NCBI GenBank assembly: GCA_013416795.1 | Contig: RQSC01000019.1 | Coordinates: 211,736-275,735, forward strand | Source of the DNA: Prasinococcaceae sp. CCMP 1430 | Taxonomy: Eukaryota > Plantae > Prasinodermophyta | Direction of reading: 5' to 3' | Length of the DNA: 64,000 bases | Shown: in pieces, positions 1-9,675 of the stretch | Position numbering within the stretch: position 1 is the stretch's first letter | How the letters are laid out: each line of letters begins with the position of its first letter | Notes under the pieces: generated by a model | Told to the model about the DNA's origin: nothing | The model's input: only the letters and a program-made list of their open reading frames with translations | Databases searched by the model: none | Translations under genes and position numbers: made by a program

Positions 1-1131
1 GTCGGCGACCACCTTCTTGTCCACCTCCGAACGCACGCTGGCAGCCATGCGCTCGAGTCGTCGCGCGCGCTCCTGCTCCTCCTCGCGCTTGGCGGCCTTG
101 GAGGCCGCCTTGCGCTCCACCATGCGCAGGTCGCGCTCGTGCATGCGCATGGCGTCCTCCTTGGTCAGCTTCGGGCGCGCAGCCCGAGCGGCGTCGGCCT
201 TGACTAGCTCCTCGGCCTTGCGTGCGGCAGCCGCAGCCTCGCGGCGCGCGCGGTACTCGAGCGCGGCCGCACGTCGCACGGCATTCGCCTCCTTGGAGGC
301 ACGCGCCGCCTGGGCGCGTCGAGCGTCGAGGCGCTTCTGCTCTTCCATGGCGTCGCGGTCCCTAGCGGCCTTCTCAGCCTTCCACGCGCGGACCTCCGCG
401 CGCTTCACCTCGGCCGCCAGCTCGCGCTCCTCCCGCGCCCGCAGTTCCGCCTCAGCGATGGCCGCCAGGTCGTCGCTGTCATCGCTCTCGGACACGATGT
501 TGGTCGCCATCGGGCCCAAGCCGAAGGCCCTGTCTCTGTTTCCCCGTTTGCTGCCGAGCCGCGCCATGTCGCGGCGCAGGCGCCAGCGTTGGATGGCGGC
601 GCGGCGCTCCGCGAGGAGATCCTCGTGCTCGGCGTGCCAGCGCGCGTGCGCGATGACGTCCTGCTTGGGAATGTGCGCCAGGCGCTCCGATGCGCGTGCG
701 ACCACGGCGGAGTAGTCACCGCCGGCCGCCTTGAGCTGCTTCATGAACATCTCGTGGTCAGCCTCGTCCCAGCCCCCAAGCTGTCCCTTCGTTGCGACGA
801 AGTCGTCGTACGCCTGCACCTCTGGCGGGCTCTCCTCCGCGCCACCAGCCGAGGCGCGAGCCGCCACGCGCGACACCATCGAGGGCGGCGCTGCTGGGCC
901 CCCGCGGGCTGACGTGCCCGCCGCGGCGCTCTCCGTCTCCCAGCGCGCGCGCCTCTGCTCGAACGCGCTGAGTTCGGCCTCGATGTCTGCCTCCTCCTTG
1001 AGCAGCACCTCGAACCTGGAGTGCGAGGACTCCTTGAGCGCCAGGATCTCCGCCTCGCTGTCGTCCATCTCGCGAGTGAGCCTCGCGAGCAGCGCCGCGG
1101 CGCCGTCGCCGCCCGCCGACGCTGCTTCCAT
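1..1131 (-). CDS. CCDC112: Coiled-coil domain-containing protein 112-like (centriolar satellite), 3' end runs off the window
   Basis: ATG at 1131, with the frame open to position 1. Translates MEAASAGGDG...GQLGGWDEADHEMFMK...HARWHAEHEDLLAERRAAIQRWR...RLERMAASVRSEVDKKVVAD, matching my recollection of the CCDC112 GxWDxxDH motif and coiled-coil tail. It is absent from the ORF track because it is edge-truncated; ORF 17..715 is its antisense shadow. Confidence 0.75.
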   Translation of the reverse strand, partial: MEAASAGGDGAAALLARLTREMDDSEAEILALKESSHSRFEVLLKEEADIEAELSAFEQRRARWETESAAAGTSARGGPAAPPSMVSRVAARASAGGAEESPPEVQAYDDFVATKGQLGGWDEADHEMFMKQLKAAGGDYSAVVARASERLAHIPKQDVIAHARWHAEHEDLLAERRAAIQRWRLRRDMARLGSKRGNRDRAFGLGPMATNIVSESDDSDDLAAIAEAELRAREERELAAEVKRAEVRAWKAEKAARDRDAMEEQKRLDARRAQAARASKEANAVRRAAALEYRARREAAAAARKAEELVKADAARAARPKLTKEDAMRMHERDLRMVERKAASKAAKREEEQERARRLERMAASVRSEVDKKVVAD

Positions 1132-1219
1132 GAGGTCGCCGAGCGCGGCCACGCCGCGCCGCGCAGCGTCGGCGCCGCCGTCGAGGCGCGCGCCGCACGA
1201 GCCGCGCCCGGTGGCGGGG

Positions 1220-1800
1220 ATGGACGCGGCGCAGAACGAGCTCCGCGGGCTGATCGAGGCCAAGGAGGCAGAGGTGCTCGCGCTGCGCGAGTCGCGGCGC
1301 GCGGCGCTCGAGAACGCGCTCGGGGCGAAGGCCGATGAACTCGCGCGCGCGACGGATGCGCTCGATTCGCTGCGCAAGGACTTCGCGCACAACCTGCGGC
1401 TGCTGGATGAGCGCGACGCCGAGCTGGCGCGGTACGAGCAGGGCATGGGCCGCGTGCGCGCGCTCGTTGCGGGTCTCGAGCGTGACCTCGGCGAGGAGCG
1501 CGATGCGCGCCGCGAAGCCGACGCGGCGCTCGCGTCAGAGCGCGCCGCGCACGCCGAGAGCGCGCAGCACATGGCCGAGCGCGCGGAGAGGCTGCGCGTC
1601 GAGGCGGAGGAGGTCCGCATGGAGCGCGACGAGAGGCTGCTGCGCGCCAAGGAGGCCGCGGACGCCGAGCGGCGGAGGCTCGAGCGCGCGCTAGACGCGC
1701 GCACCGCGGAGCTCGAGGCGCAGCGCCGGGAGCTTCTGACCGCCGGCGAGAACGCCCTCGGCGAGCATCAGGCCGCGGCGGCGGGTGCAGAGGCGGGGCG
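1220..1800 (+). CDS. CCDC57: Coiled-coil domain-containing protein 57-like, N-terminal part only
   Basis: ATG at 1220: MDAAQNELRGLIEAKEAEV...LRKDFAHNLRLLDERDAELARYE...LERALDARTAELEAQRRELL, resembling the CCDC57 N-terminus (DFxYNLxxLxERDxELxRY). Coding character is lost after ~1800. Confidence 0.7.
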
Positions 1801-2636
1801 CGCTCCGATGCGTTCTTTTGATGGCGTCGAATTTTTCGAAATATGTTTCCATCCTCCCTCGCCCCTCCTCGCGCGCGAGCGAGCGCCGCGTCCGGCCCGC
1901 TCGCCCCGCCCCGCCCCGCCCTGTGCGCGCGGTGGGCGCAGTGTGGCGGGCCTGAGCGCGCCGGGGGAACTCTGGAACTGAACTTCTCATTTCGTCACCG
2001 TAAAAATACGCATTGACCACAAAATAATATGTAAAACAGCGGTACATTTGCTAATTGGAGCGCGCAATCCGCGAAAGCTGTCCTGGCGGGTGCCTGCGCG
2101 CATTCAAAACCGCTCCGGCGCTCCGCGGTGAAAAAAACACTTTGGCGGTGCATTTCAGCACCAAAATGGGGCGAAAATCGGGCAAAGAAAAAGCCTCGCC
2201 CGCTAGGGCGCGGAGGCCGCCGAGGGGGGCCACACGGCGCGCGGCCAGGCGCGCCCCTTCCCCCTCCCCCCTCATTCCCCCTTCCGGGGGGCGCGTGGGA
2301 GGGGGGCGAGGGCGGGGGCTGCCGCGCGCGCTTTCGCTCCCCGCCCTGCTGCGCCGCGCGAGCGTGATCTGGCGAGGGTGCGGGTGCTGGCGAGGGTGCG
2401 GGTGCTGGCGAGGAGCCGCTGCCACCGAGGGCCGGGACCGTGCGGGTGTTGCGCCGGCGCGGGCCGAGGCAGCCGAGCGGGTGCACGAGCCGGCGCCAGT
2501 GCCTGCACCAGCGACCGCGCGCGAGGCAGCTTGTGCGGGCGAGCGCGTGCGCGTGCGCGTGGCTCTGTGTTGTGTGCGCGCGTGAGAGAGAAAGAGCCAC
2601 ACAAAGTGAGAGGGAGGGACGAGGCAAGCGCCGGGG

Positions 2637-3523
2637 GTGGCGATGGCGTCGCAGGCCGCGCCCGCTCCGGTGGTGTACCCGCACGGCCAGTACGAGTGGA
2701 ATCCCGCAAAGGGCCCAGCTGGGGAATGGGAGTGGAGGCCAAACCAGCCCGCCGCTGGTGCGCCCGTGCCAGCCATCGGTACCCACGCGGGCCAGCCGCC
2801 AGCGCAGCTCGTGCAGCAGCCCTTCGGGGCGCCTGCCCAGCCGGCGGCCCAGCCGACATGGGACTACCAGCGGGGGCAGTGGGTATACCCGCAACAACAC
2901 CAGGCCACGCAGCACGCGCAACAGCCGCACCCAGCGGCGTGGCAAATGTCGTATCAAGGCGCGCCGCCGCACGCGCCTGGTGTTCATTCCCACACGCAGC
3001 AGCAAAACCAAGCGTACATGCACCCGGGCTTTCCCCCCCAACACTCTCACCCGCCGCTCAACCACCCTACCCACCAGCAGCTGCCACTGATGCAACAACC
3101 GCCTCTGCAGCAGCAACAACAGATCCAGCCCGCGCCCCAGCCCGCACCCCAGCCGCAACCGCAGCCTCAGCAGCAGCCGCAGGCCTTTCGCCTCCAAGCA
3201 AACCAGCCGATCGTGCAGACGTACCGAGCGCCCGTGGCGGCGGTACCAGCGCCCGCGTCCGCTGCAACAGCGCAGGCCGCAGCAGCGCAGAACTCCGCGG
3301 CGGGCGCGGGCGGCCAGGCGCAGTGGCCGCCGAGCCTGCGCGCGTACGTCGAGCGCGCCTTCAAGAGCGTGCAGGGCGATGACGGCCGGCGTGCTTTGAT
3401 GCAGACCATGCTCAAGGCAAAGATCAAAGACGCCAACGAGTCTGGCAGGCTGTGGCAGCAAGACTGGGACACCGAACCCCTCCCGAGCCTCCACACGCAG
3501 CATCACATGCAGCAGCAGCACAT

Positions 3524-3559
<36 letters not shown>

Positions 3560-4946
3560 AGCGCTTGGTGGTTGGGGAGCAGTTCACAGCGTCGGCCGTT
3601 CGGATGCCCCCCCGCAGGCGAACCATGACCACCAGCAGCAGCAGCAGCAAGGGGCGGGCGGCCTCGGGGGATGGGGGGTGGTGCACCATCAGACCGAGCC
3701 ACCGAGTCCCGCAGGCAAGGCGGGCAAGGGCAAAAAGAAGACAAAGGCGCAGATGCGCAAGGAGGCAGCCGCCGCAAAGAAGGAGAAGCAAAAAATGCAG
3801 CTGCAGCAGCGCGGAAGGAAGCGCGGGCGTGGCGCAGACGATGATGATGCGCTCGCGGCCAACCCCGAGGAGATCGCGCGGCGCCAGCGCCGAGCGGCCA
3901 AGTATGGCGGCGGCGCAGCCGACGGAGCGGGTGCATCGTACCAGCCCGAGCGCCCCAAACGAATCGCTCTGCTGGGAGACGAGACGACCACGGAGGACAA
4001 GGAAGTGCAGTGGGACAAGTACACGGTTCAGGGGTCGAGCGAGGCGCTGGAGAAGCGCTACTTGCGGCTCACAAGCGCGCCCGATCCCACGACGGTGCGC
4101 CCGCCGGGCGTGCTCGAGAAGGCGCTCGCGCACGTGCTTGAGCAGCACAAGGTCCACGGGTACTTCTGGACGTGCGATCAGCTCAAGGCCATTCGTCAGG
4201 ACCTGACCGTACAACGCATCAAAAACGAGCTCACGGTGCGCGTGTATGAGGAGCACGCGCGGCTAGCGATTATCGACGGCGACGTGGTCAACTATAACCA
4301 GTGCGCCGCGCAGCTGTTGGAGCTCCACACAGCAGGCATAGCAGGATGCCACGCCGAGTTTGCGGCTTACCGAGTGCTCTATTGCCTCCTGACATCGGAA
4401 CTGAACACAGAGAGGCACCTGGACACCCTCGCTGCGTTGAAGACCGTGTGCTGCTCGAAGGACTCAGGCAAGCTGCTGTCCGATCCTGCCGTCAAGCACG
4501 CGTTGGGCGTCCGCGCTGCTGTGTACACGAACGCATACGTGACCCTCTTTCGTCTGGCCAAAGAGCGACACAACCTCAACGGCGTTTTCATCGATCAATT
4601 CATTGACAAGGCGCGCTTTGCAGCGTGCAACACAATCGTGCGCGCGTACAGGCCAAACATGGCGCTCCCTCCTGCTGCCATGATGCTCGGTTTCTGCAGC
4701 ACTGGCGACGGCGATACTGTGACCGGCAAGGCAAGTGAGGATGAGCCCGCAGGGCTTGGTGAGTGCTACGAGTGGTTGCGCGCCCACGGCGCGGTGCTTG
4801 TGGGTGACCCAAGCGCAGCCGCCGCTTGCAAGATTGATTGCAAGGAGAGCGTGGGCAAGCTCGCGGTGCCAGAGAAGGTCGAGGCAGTTGCTCACGGGGA
4901 CGTCAACATGTCCGTGGAGAATTTCCTGACCAAAGCGATTGCCTGA
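2637..4946 (+). CDS. LENG8: SAC3/GANP family protein (SAC3A/LENG8/THP3 type) with Q/P-rich N-terminus
   Basis: KRYLRLTSAPDPTTVRPPGVLEKAL, CDQLKAIRQDLTVQRIKNELTVRVYEEHAR, YNQC, EFAAYRVLY are typical of this SAC3 subfamily. Single 769-aa ORF. Confidence 0.88.
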
Positions 4947-6231
4947 TGGAGGTGTGCTGGCGGTGACTCGTTCTACTGGACGGGGAGCTCCGCTGGTGCG
5001 CGCGTCGTTGCGCGCAGATGTGTGGCGTGTGCGCTCGTGTGTGTCTGTGTGCGCGTTTTCGTGCGTGTGTGTCCAATCTCTCGCGGGGCGTGAGCCCTGC
5101 CGAGCCAAACTTGACCTACTTTGTGCTGTGCTGCTGCTTGCGTCGGAGGACGTTGTGTGTGTTGTGCGCGCGGGTGCTAGTGACACCAGTTTGCGCTCTT
5201 CGCAAGCGCGAGTGCGGTCGCGGTTGTGAGCACCGGGAGCGCCGGCGCGCGCGAGCGGCGGGGGGCTATAGGATCTATGTTGTAAACTGTCAAACTATTC
5301 TTCTTATAGAAGCCGCGTCAGAGGGAGCTTGATGCCATCCATCTGCACAGCGAACACCATCTTCCTCTTGAATCGAGCTCAGAGGTCTCTCTCGCTTTCT
5401 CTCGCAATTGCGCTGGCTATGGCACGGCAAGCCGAATGCCCCGCGAGTCAATGCGCTGCCAATAATGCCCTCGCCGCGTCGCGCAACGAGCACACGGAAG
5501 CAGTACAAAGGCGCGTCCTTCTAGCTGCTGCCATACAACATACTTTGCAGGTGAAACAAACAAAACCACTACTACCACGTCGGTGCCTCATCTATCCTCC
5601 CAAAGGGGCGGTCCCACCGCCTTCGGTGCAACATGCCCACCCGCCTCGCTGCGACGCCAGGCGGCTGCGCACGCAGCGTTGCCACGCGTGCCCTGGGCAT
5701 CATCGACGTCTGCACGCTCAACCCCGGGTGCGTCGGCAGCATCGTCGTCCGCGTCGGTGCCGCTGCTGCCGGCGGAGCACGCACGCCCTGCTCAGACCGA
5801 ATCACCAATCGAGCGATGCGGTACACAAGTGGGGAATGGCGCGCCGCGGAGCGCGCCCGCGTGGTGTTGCGGCCACCCGCGGTTGACGCACAGGCGCAGT
5901 TGGCGTGTGCGACCGCGCACGGGTGCTACAACCAGCGCACCGCTCCCCAGAACGGCGCGAGCACCTCCAGCGATCAGTTGATTACCGAATCGTTGAGGAT
6001 GATATTAATGTTGTTCTCACGCGCCTGCACGGCGGTCGAGGATGGAGAGGCGGTGGGGCGGGGCGCGTGCCGCACAGAGATGGATTCTGCGCGAGCAGCG
6101 TGCCCCACGGTCCCCTTCTTTAGTAGTAGTATTAGTTGGTGTCCACATCCTGAAGGTATTATCCCTTCCATCGAGGACTCGGTGGTGTGGCCTCTATTAT
6201 GATTATGATATGGTACTCGCGCTTAGAAGCA

Positions 6232-8511
6232 TCAGTGCCTCCGCGGCGGGCCAGGCGGGAGAGGTGGCTGCCAGTTCCCCTGCTGCGGCTGCGGCTGGCC
6301 GTACAGCTGCTGGCCGTACAGCTGCTGCTGCTGGTTCGAGTATTGCTGCTGCTGTTGTTGGTACCCGAAGCCGTAGTGCTGTTGCTGTTGCCCTTGTGGC
6401 GGCGCCGCCGGCATCTGCTGCTGCTGCGCCGGTGGCATCATCATGTACGAGCCACCATTCGGTGCCCCAGGAGGCGGCGGAGGCGGCGCCTGCTGCGTCT
6501 GCATAGGTGCAGAGGGGACGGCCATGGTGGCGCTGATAGCCTGTTGCAGTTTCATGAGAGCGGCCGAGTCAAACGCCAGTGGCGCACTCGTCGAGGCCGG
6601 CATCGAGGTCGCGCTCGGCAAGCCAGTAGATGCAGCCACGCTGTACTGCTGCTGCTGCTGCTGCTGCTGCCGCGGCGGCGGCGGCGGCGGGCGAGCCTGC
6701 TGCTGATGCATCTGCGGGGCCTGGGACGGGCGAGGGGCTGCCATCGCCTGCGGCACAGCCGACATGACCTTTTTCTGAGCAGGCAACGCGACATTCTTGA
6801 CCGCCGCACCCTCCGCATCGTTGAGCGGGATCTCTGTCGGCTCGGAGACGCCCACGAACTGCTCTGGGCCCACATCTACTGGCTCGGCAGGCGAGTCCGG
6901 CACCGCTGACAGTGCAGGGTACACCGCCGCGAGCACGCCCAGCTCACGCGATGCCTGCGCCCCCTTTTCCTTGCTCTTCTCACCTGCTGCCCAAGTATCG
7001 TCAGGCGTACTAGGCGCTGGCACGTCCCAGCTACGCGTGGCCGACATAGCCTCGAGGCGAGCGCGCCGATCGTCGAGGACTTTTTGGCGCGCCTGTCGCT
7101 CGCGCTCGTGCTCCTGCTTCGCAAGATCTGCGGTGGACATGCGCTTCTTCTGTCGCTCGTCCTCGCGCGCGTCACTGTCCTTGGTGAAATACTTCACCTT
7201 GACGAGCACGTCATCGGGAGCCCAAGATACGCTCTTCCTCTTCTTCTTCTTCGCAGGGGGTGGCGCTGCGTCGGCGTCTTTGCCGACGACAACGTCCTCA
7301 GCTCGGCGCTTCGCGGCGGGGGCGGGCGCATCCCCGGATTCCTTCCGGGTCGCCTCGGGCGCGGCTGGGGCGGCAGTGCTATCCGAGAGAAATGAGGACA
7401 GCGAGCGCCCCGCGCGCGCCGGCGGCTTAGGTGCAGCGGGGGCATCGGCCTTATCCGGCAGTTTCGCCTCCGGCTCCCCCTTGTCTTTCACAGACGGCAG
7501 CTGTGGCGGGGCCTTTGGCCCCTGCGACACCGATGGGACAGGAGGAACCTTAGTTGGCACCGGCGTGGGCGTCGGCAGCTTCGGCGCGACGGGAGCCCTG
7601 GGTGCCAGCTTCGCCTTCGGGGGCGCGGCAAACATCGAATCCATGTCGGTTGCAGTCGTCGACAAGAGCTTGGGCGCGCGCGTCTTCTCGGTGGCTGGGA
7701 CCGCCGCCGCGGGCGCCGCGGCCTTCGGGGGCTGCGCCACCTTTTGAGGCGGCGCCACCTTTGGGGGCGGCGCCACCTTTGGGGGCGGCGCCGCCCTCTG
7801 CTCAGTAGGCTTCGCGGCTGGCCTCGACACTGGCCTGGGCGAGGAGGGCGCATTCGCTGGAGGAGTGACGGTTCCCTTGCCGGTGATCGCCCGCATCCAC
7901 TCCTTCATGACCTCCTTTGCCTGCCTCTGCACCGACATGTCACCCACCTTGGTGAGCTTCTTGACGGCTTTGCCCACCTTGCTCGCTCGGAGGGACGCCT
8001 CTGAAACGGGGAGCTTCTTGCACACAGTGAGCAGCTTCCTCAGGTTCTCGGACGCGCTCGGCCCATCTTCTTCGCGCACGTCGTTCATCCAGTCCGCCAG
8101 CAAGTCGAGGCCGCCCTGCTCCACGAATGGGGCGGTCACCCGCGGCTGGATCTTCGCGAGCGCCTCCTTGATCATGAACGTGCGCAGGCCACTCTCGGCG
8201 CCGTGCTTGGCTGCCGCTGCCATGAACGGCCCGACCGCCGAGGGGGACGAGAAGTAGCCGTCATCATCTATCACGGCGCCTATGTCGCTGACGAAGTCCT
8301 GCTTCTTATCCCTCCTGGCCTGCTGGCTGGCACCACCGCCGCCCAGGGCCGCAATCTTGGCGAGGAGCTCCTCCTCTGTGTACTTGTTCCTTCCCCGCTC
8401 CGCACACTCGAGCCGCAGCCGGGGGTTCAAGCACTGGAGGCACACCCCGCAGCCGGGCGACTTGGCGGCCTTCGCCTTCGATGCGGGCAACACGACCGCG
8501 AGCTGTGGCAT
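6232..8511 (-). CDS. PPP1R10: PNUTS/PPP1R10-like PP1 regulator: TFIIS-N (TND) domain, RVxF-type motif, P/Q-rich tail
   Basis: TND-like LDLLADWM...LLTVCKKLPVSEASLRASKVGKAVKKL...AKEVMKEWM, plus KKKRKSVSWAPDDVLVKVKYF (KSVSW is a PP1-docking motif followed by the PNUTS-like L..V+YF). Confidence 0.7.
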   Translation of the reverse strand: MPQLAVVLPASKAKAAKSPGCGVCLQCLNPRLRLECAERGRNKYTEEELLAKIAALGGGGASQQARRDKKQDFVSDIGAVIDDDGYFSSPSAVGPFMAAAAKHGAESGLRTFMIKEALAKIQPRVTAPFVEQGGLDLLADWMNDVREEDGPSASENLRKLLTVCKKLPVSEASLRASKVGKAVKKLTKVGDMSVQRQAKEVMKEWMRAITGKGTVTPPANAPSSPRPVSRPAAKPTEQRAAPPPKVAPPPKVAPPQKVAQPPKAAAPAAAVPATEKTRAPKLLSTTATDMDSMFAAPPKAKLAPRAPVAPKLPTPTPVPTKVPPVPSVSQGPKAPPQLPSVKDKGEPEAKLPDKADAPAAPKPPARAGRSLSSFLSDSTAAPAAPEATRKESGDAPAPAAKRRAEDVVVGKDADAAPPPAKKKKRKSVSWAPDDVLVKVKYFTKDSDAREDERQKKRMSTADLAKQEHERERQARQKVLDDRRARLEAMSATRSWDVPAPSTPDDTWAAGEKSKEKGAQASRELGVLAAVYPALSAVPDSPAEPVDVGPEQFVGVSEPTEIPLNDAEGAAVKNVALPAQKKVMSAVPQAMAAPRPSQAPQMHQQQARPPPPPPRQQQQQQQQYSVAASTGLPSATSMPASTSAPLAFDSAALMKLQQAISATMAVPSAPMQTQQAPPPPPPGAPNGGSYMMMPPAQQQQMPAAPPQGQQQQHYGFGYQQQQQQYSNQQQQLYGQQLYGQPQPQQGNWQPPLPPGPPRRH
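7738..7797 (-). repeat. 18-bp coding tandem repeat (APPPKV x~3) in the PNUTS-like gene
   Basis: The plus strand shows cacctt(t)tgaggcggcgc/cacctttgggggcggcgc repeats; the protein reads AAPPPKVAPPPKVAPPQKVAQPPK. Confidence 0.85.
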
Positions 8512-8999
8512 GGTGGCGCGGCGGCCCGCGCCGCGGTGCGCCGTCGGCGGTCGCCGCGCGACGCGGGTTTGGCTTGCCGAGCGGTTCGCTTCGGGAAGGT
8601 GGACGGCGAGACGGGCGCGAGACGCGCGCCGCCGAGGACGCGCTGGGCACGCGGGTGGGCGGCACCGGGCGAGAGACTCGCGTGGACGGTCCGAGCGGAG
8701 CTGGCCTTTTTTTTTGGGTCGCCACCACGCACGCCAGGTGACGGCGCGGAGCTGCCGGGGGCGCGCTGCGCACGGGTGTTGGTCCGCTGGATTTTTCTGC
8801 CGCTGTTGGTGGTGCGCGCGCTCGTGCGGCGCGCAGGGGCGCGCGCGGACGGACGGCGCCTACCCCCTCGCACTCTGCTACCGTCGCGGACGTGGACGCC
8901 TACGTGTCGTTCGCCCCGCGGGAGCCTCTCGCCCCCAACCACTTGCCACTGCCGCGCGGCTCGCGACTCGCAGCCGCCGCCGCCTCGGCGCTGTCGTGC

Positions 9000-9009
9000 G
9001 TTTAGGGTT
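9000..9009 (-). promoter_or_regulatory. Telo-box-like motif (AACCCTAAA) upstream of the PNUTS-like gene
   Basis: tttagggtt at 9001-9009, ~490 bp upstream of ATG 8511. Confidence 0.4.
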
Positions 9010-9059
9010 GGTTGTGCGCGCGAGCAAGCGCGCGCGCGGGCGCGCGCGGGCCGCCGCCG

Positions 9060-9317
9060 NNNNNNNNNNNNNNNNNNNNNNNNNNNNNNNNNNNNNNNNN
9101 NNNNNNNNNNNNNNNNNNNNNNNNNNNNNNNNNNNNNNNNNNNNNNNNNNNNNNNNNNNNNNNNNNNNNNNNNNNNNNNNNNNNNNNNNNNNNNNNNNNN
9201 NNNNNNNNNNNNNNNNNNNNNNNNNNNNNNNNNNNNNNNNNNNNNNNNNNNNNNNNNNNNNNNNNNNNNNNNNNNNNNNNNNNNNNNNNNNNNNNNNNNN
9301 NNNNNNNNNNNNNNNNN
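9060..9317. other. Assembly gap (N run)
   Basis: Run of n. Further gaps lie at 13763-13771 and 24003-24719, with single n at 31420, 36694 and 59222. Confidence 1.
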
Positions 9318-9675
9318 GGGGCCCGCCGGGTCCGCGGCGGGGCCAAACAGCGCGCGCGCGCGCCAGCCTCGCGCGCGGCGCGGGTGTTGACGCCACGTGC
9401 ATGATACGTCCGCGTTGAGGGATGACGCACCCACGGGAGCGCGATTCTGATTTTGTGCCGCATCCATCCCGTCAAAACCAACCGCGGAGGCAGATGCGAA
9501 CGCCCACGACGCGCACGAGGATTGATTGATGGCAGGCTGGAATGCACGCGAATGATGAAAATGCGCGTCATGCGCCCAATCATCCATCCTTTCCGTCGGC
9601 GGGGTCCCGCCGCGCCGCGCGCGCCGCGGCCGTTTCCGGATCGGTTTTCAGCCTCGCTCGCCCCCTCCCTGGCCG

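Noticed and set aside
4947-6231. Lower-GC 1.3-kb stretch between SAC3A and the PNUTS-like gene, with several short ORFs
   Set aside because: I found no recognisable protein, RNA gene or terminal repeats. Convergent 3' UTRs are the simplest explanation.
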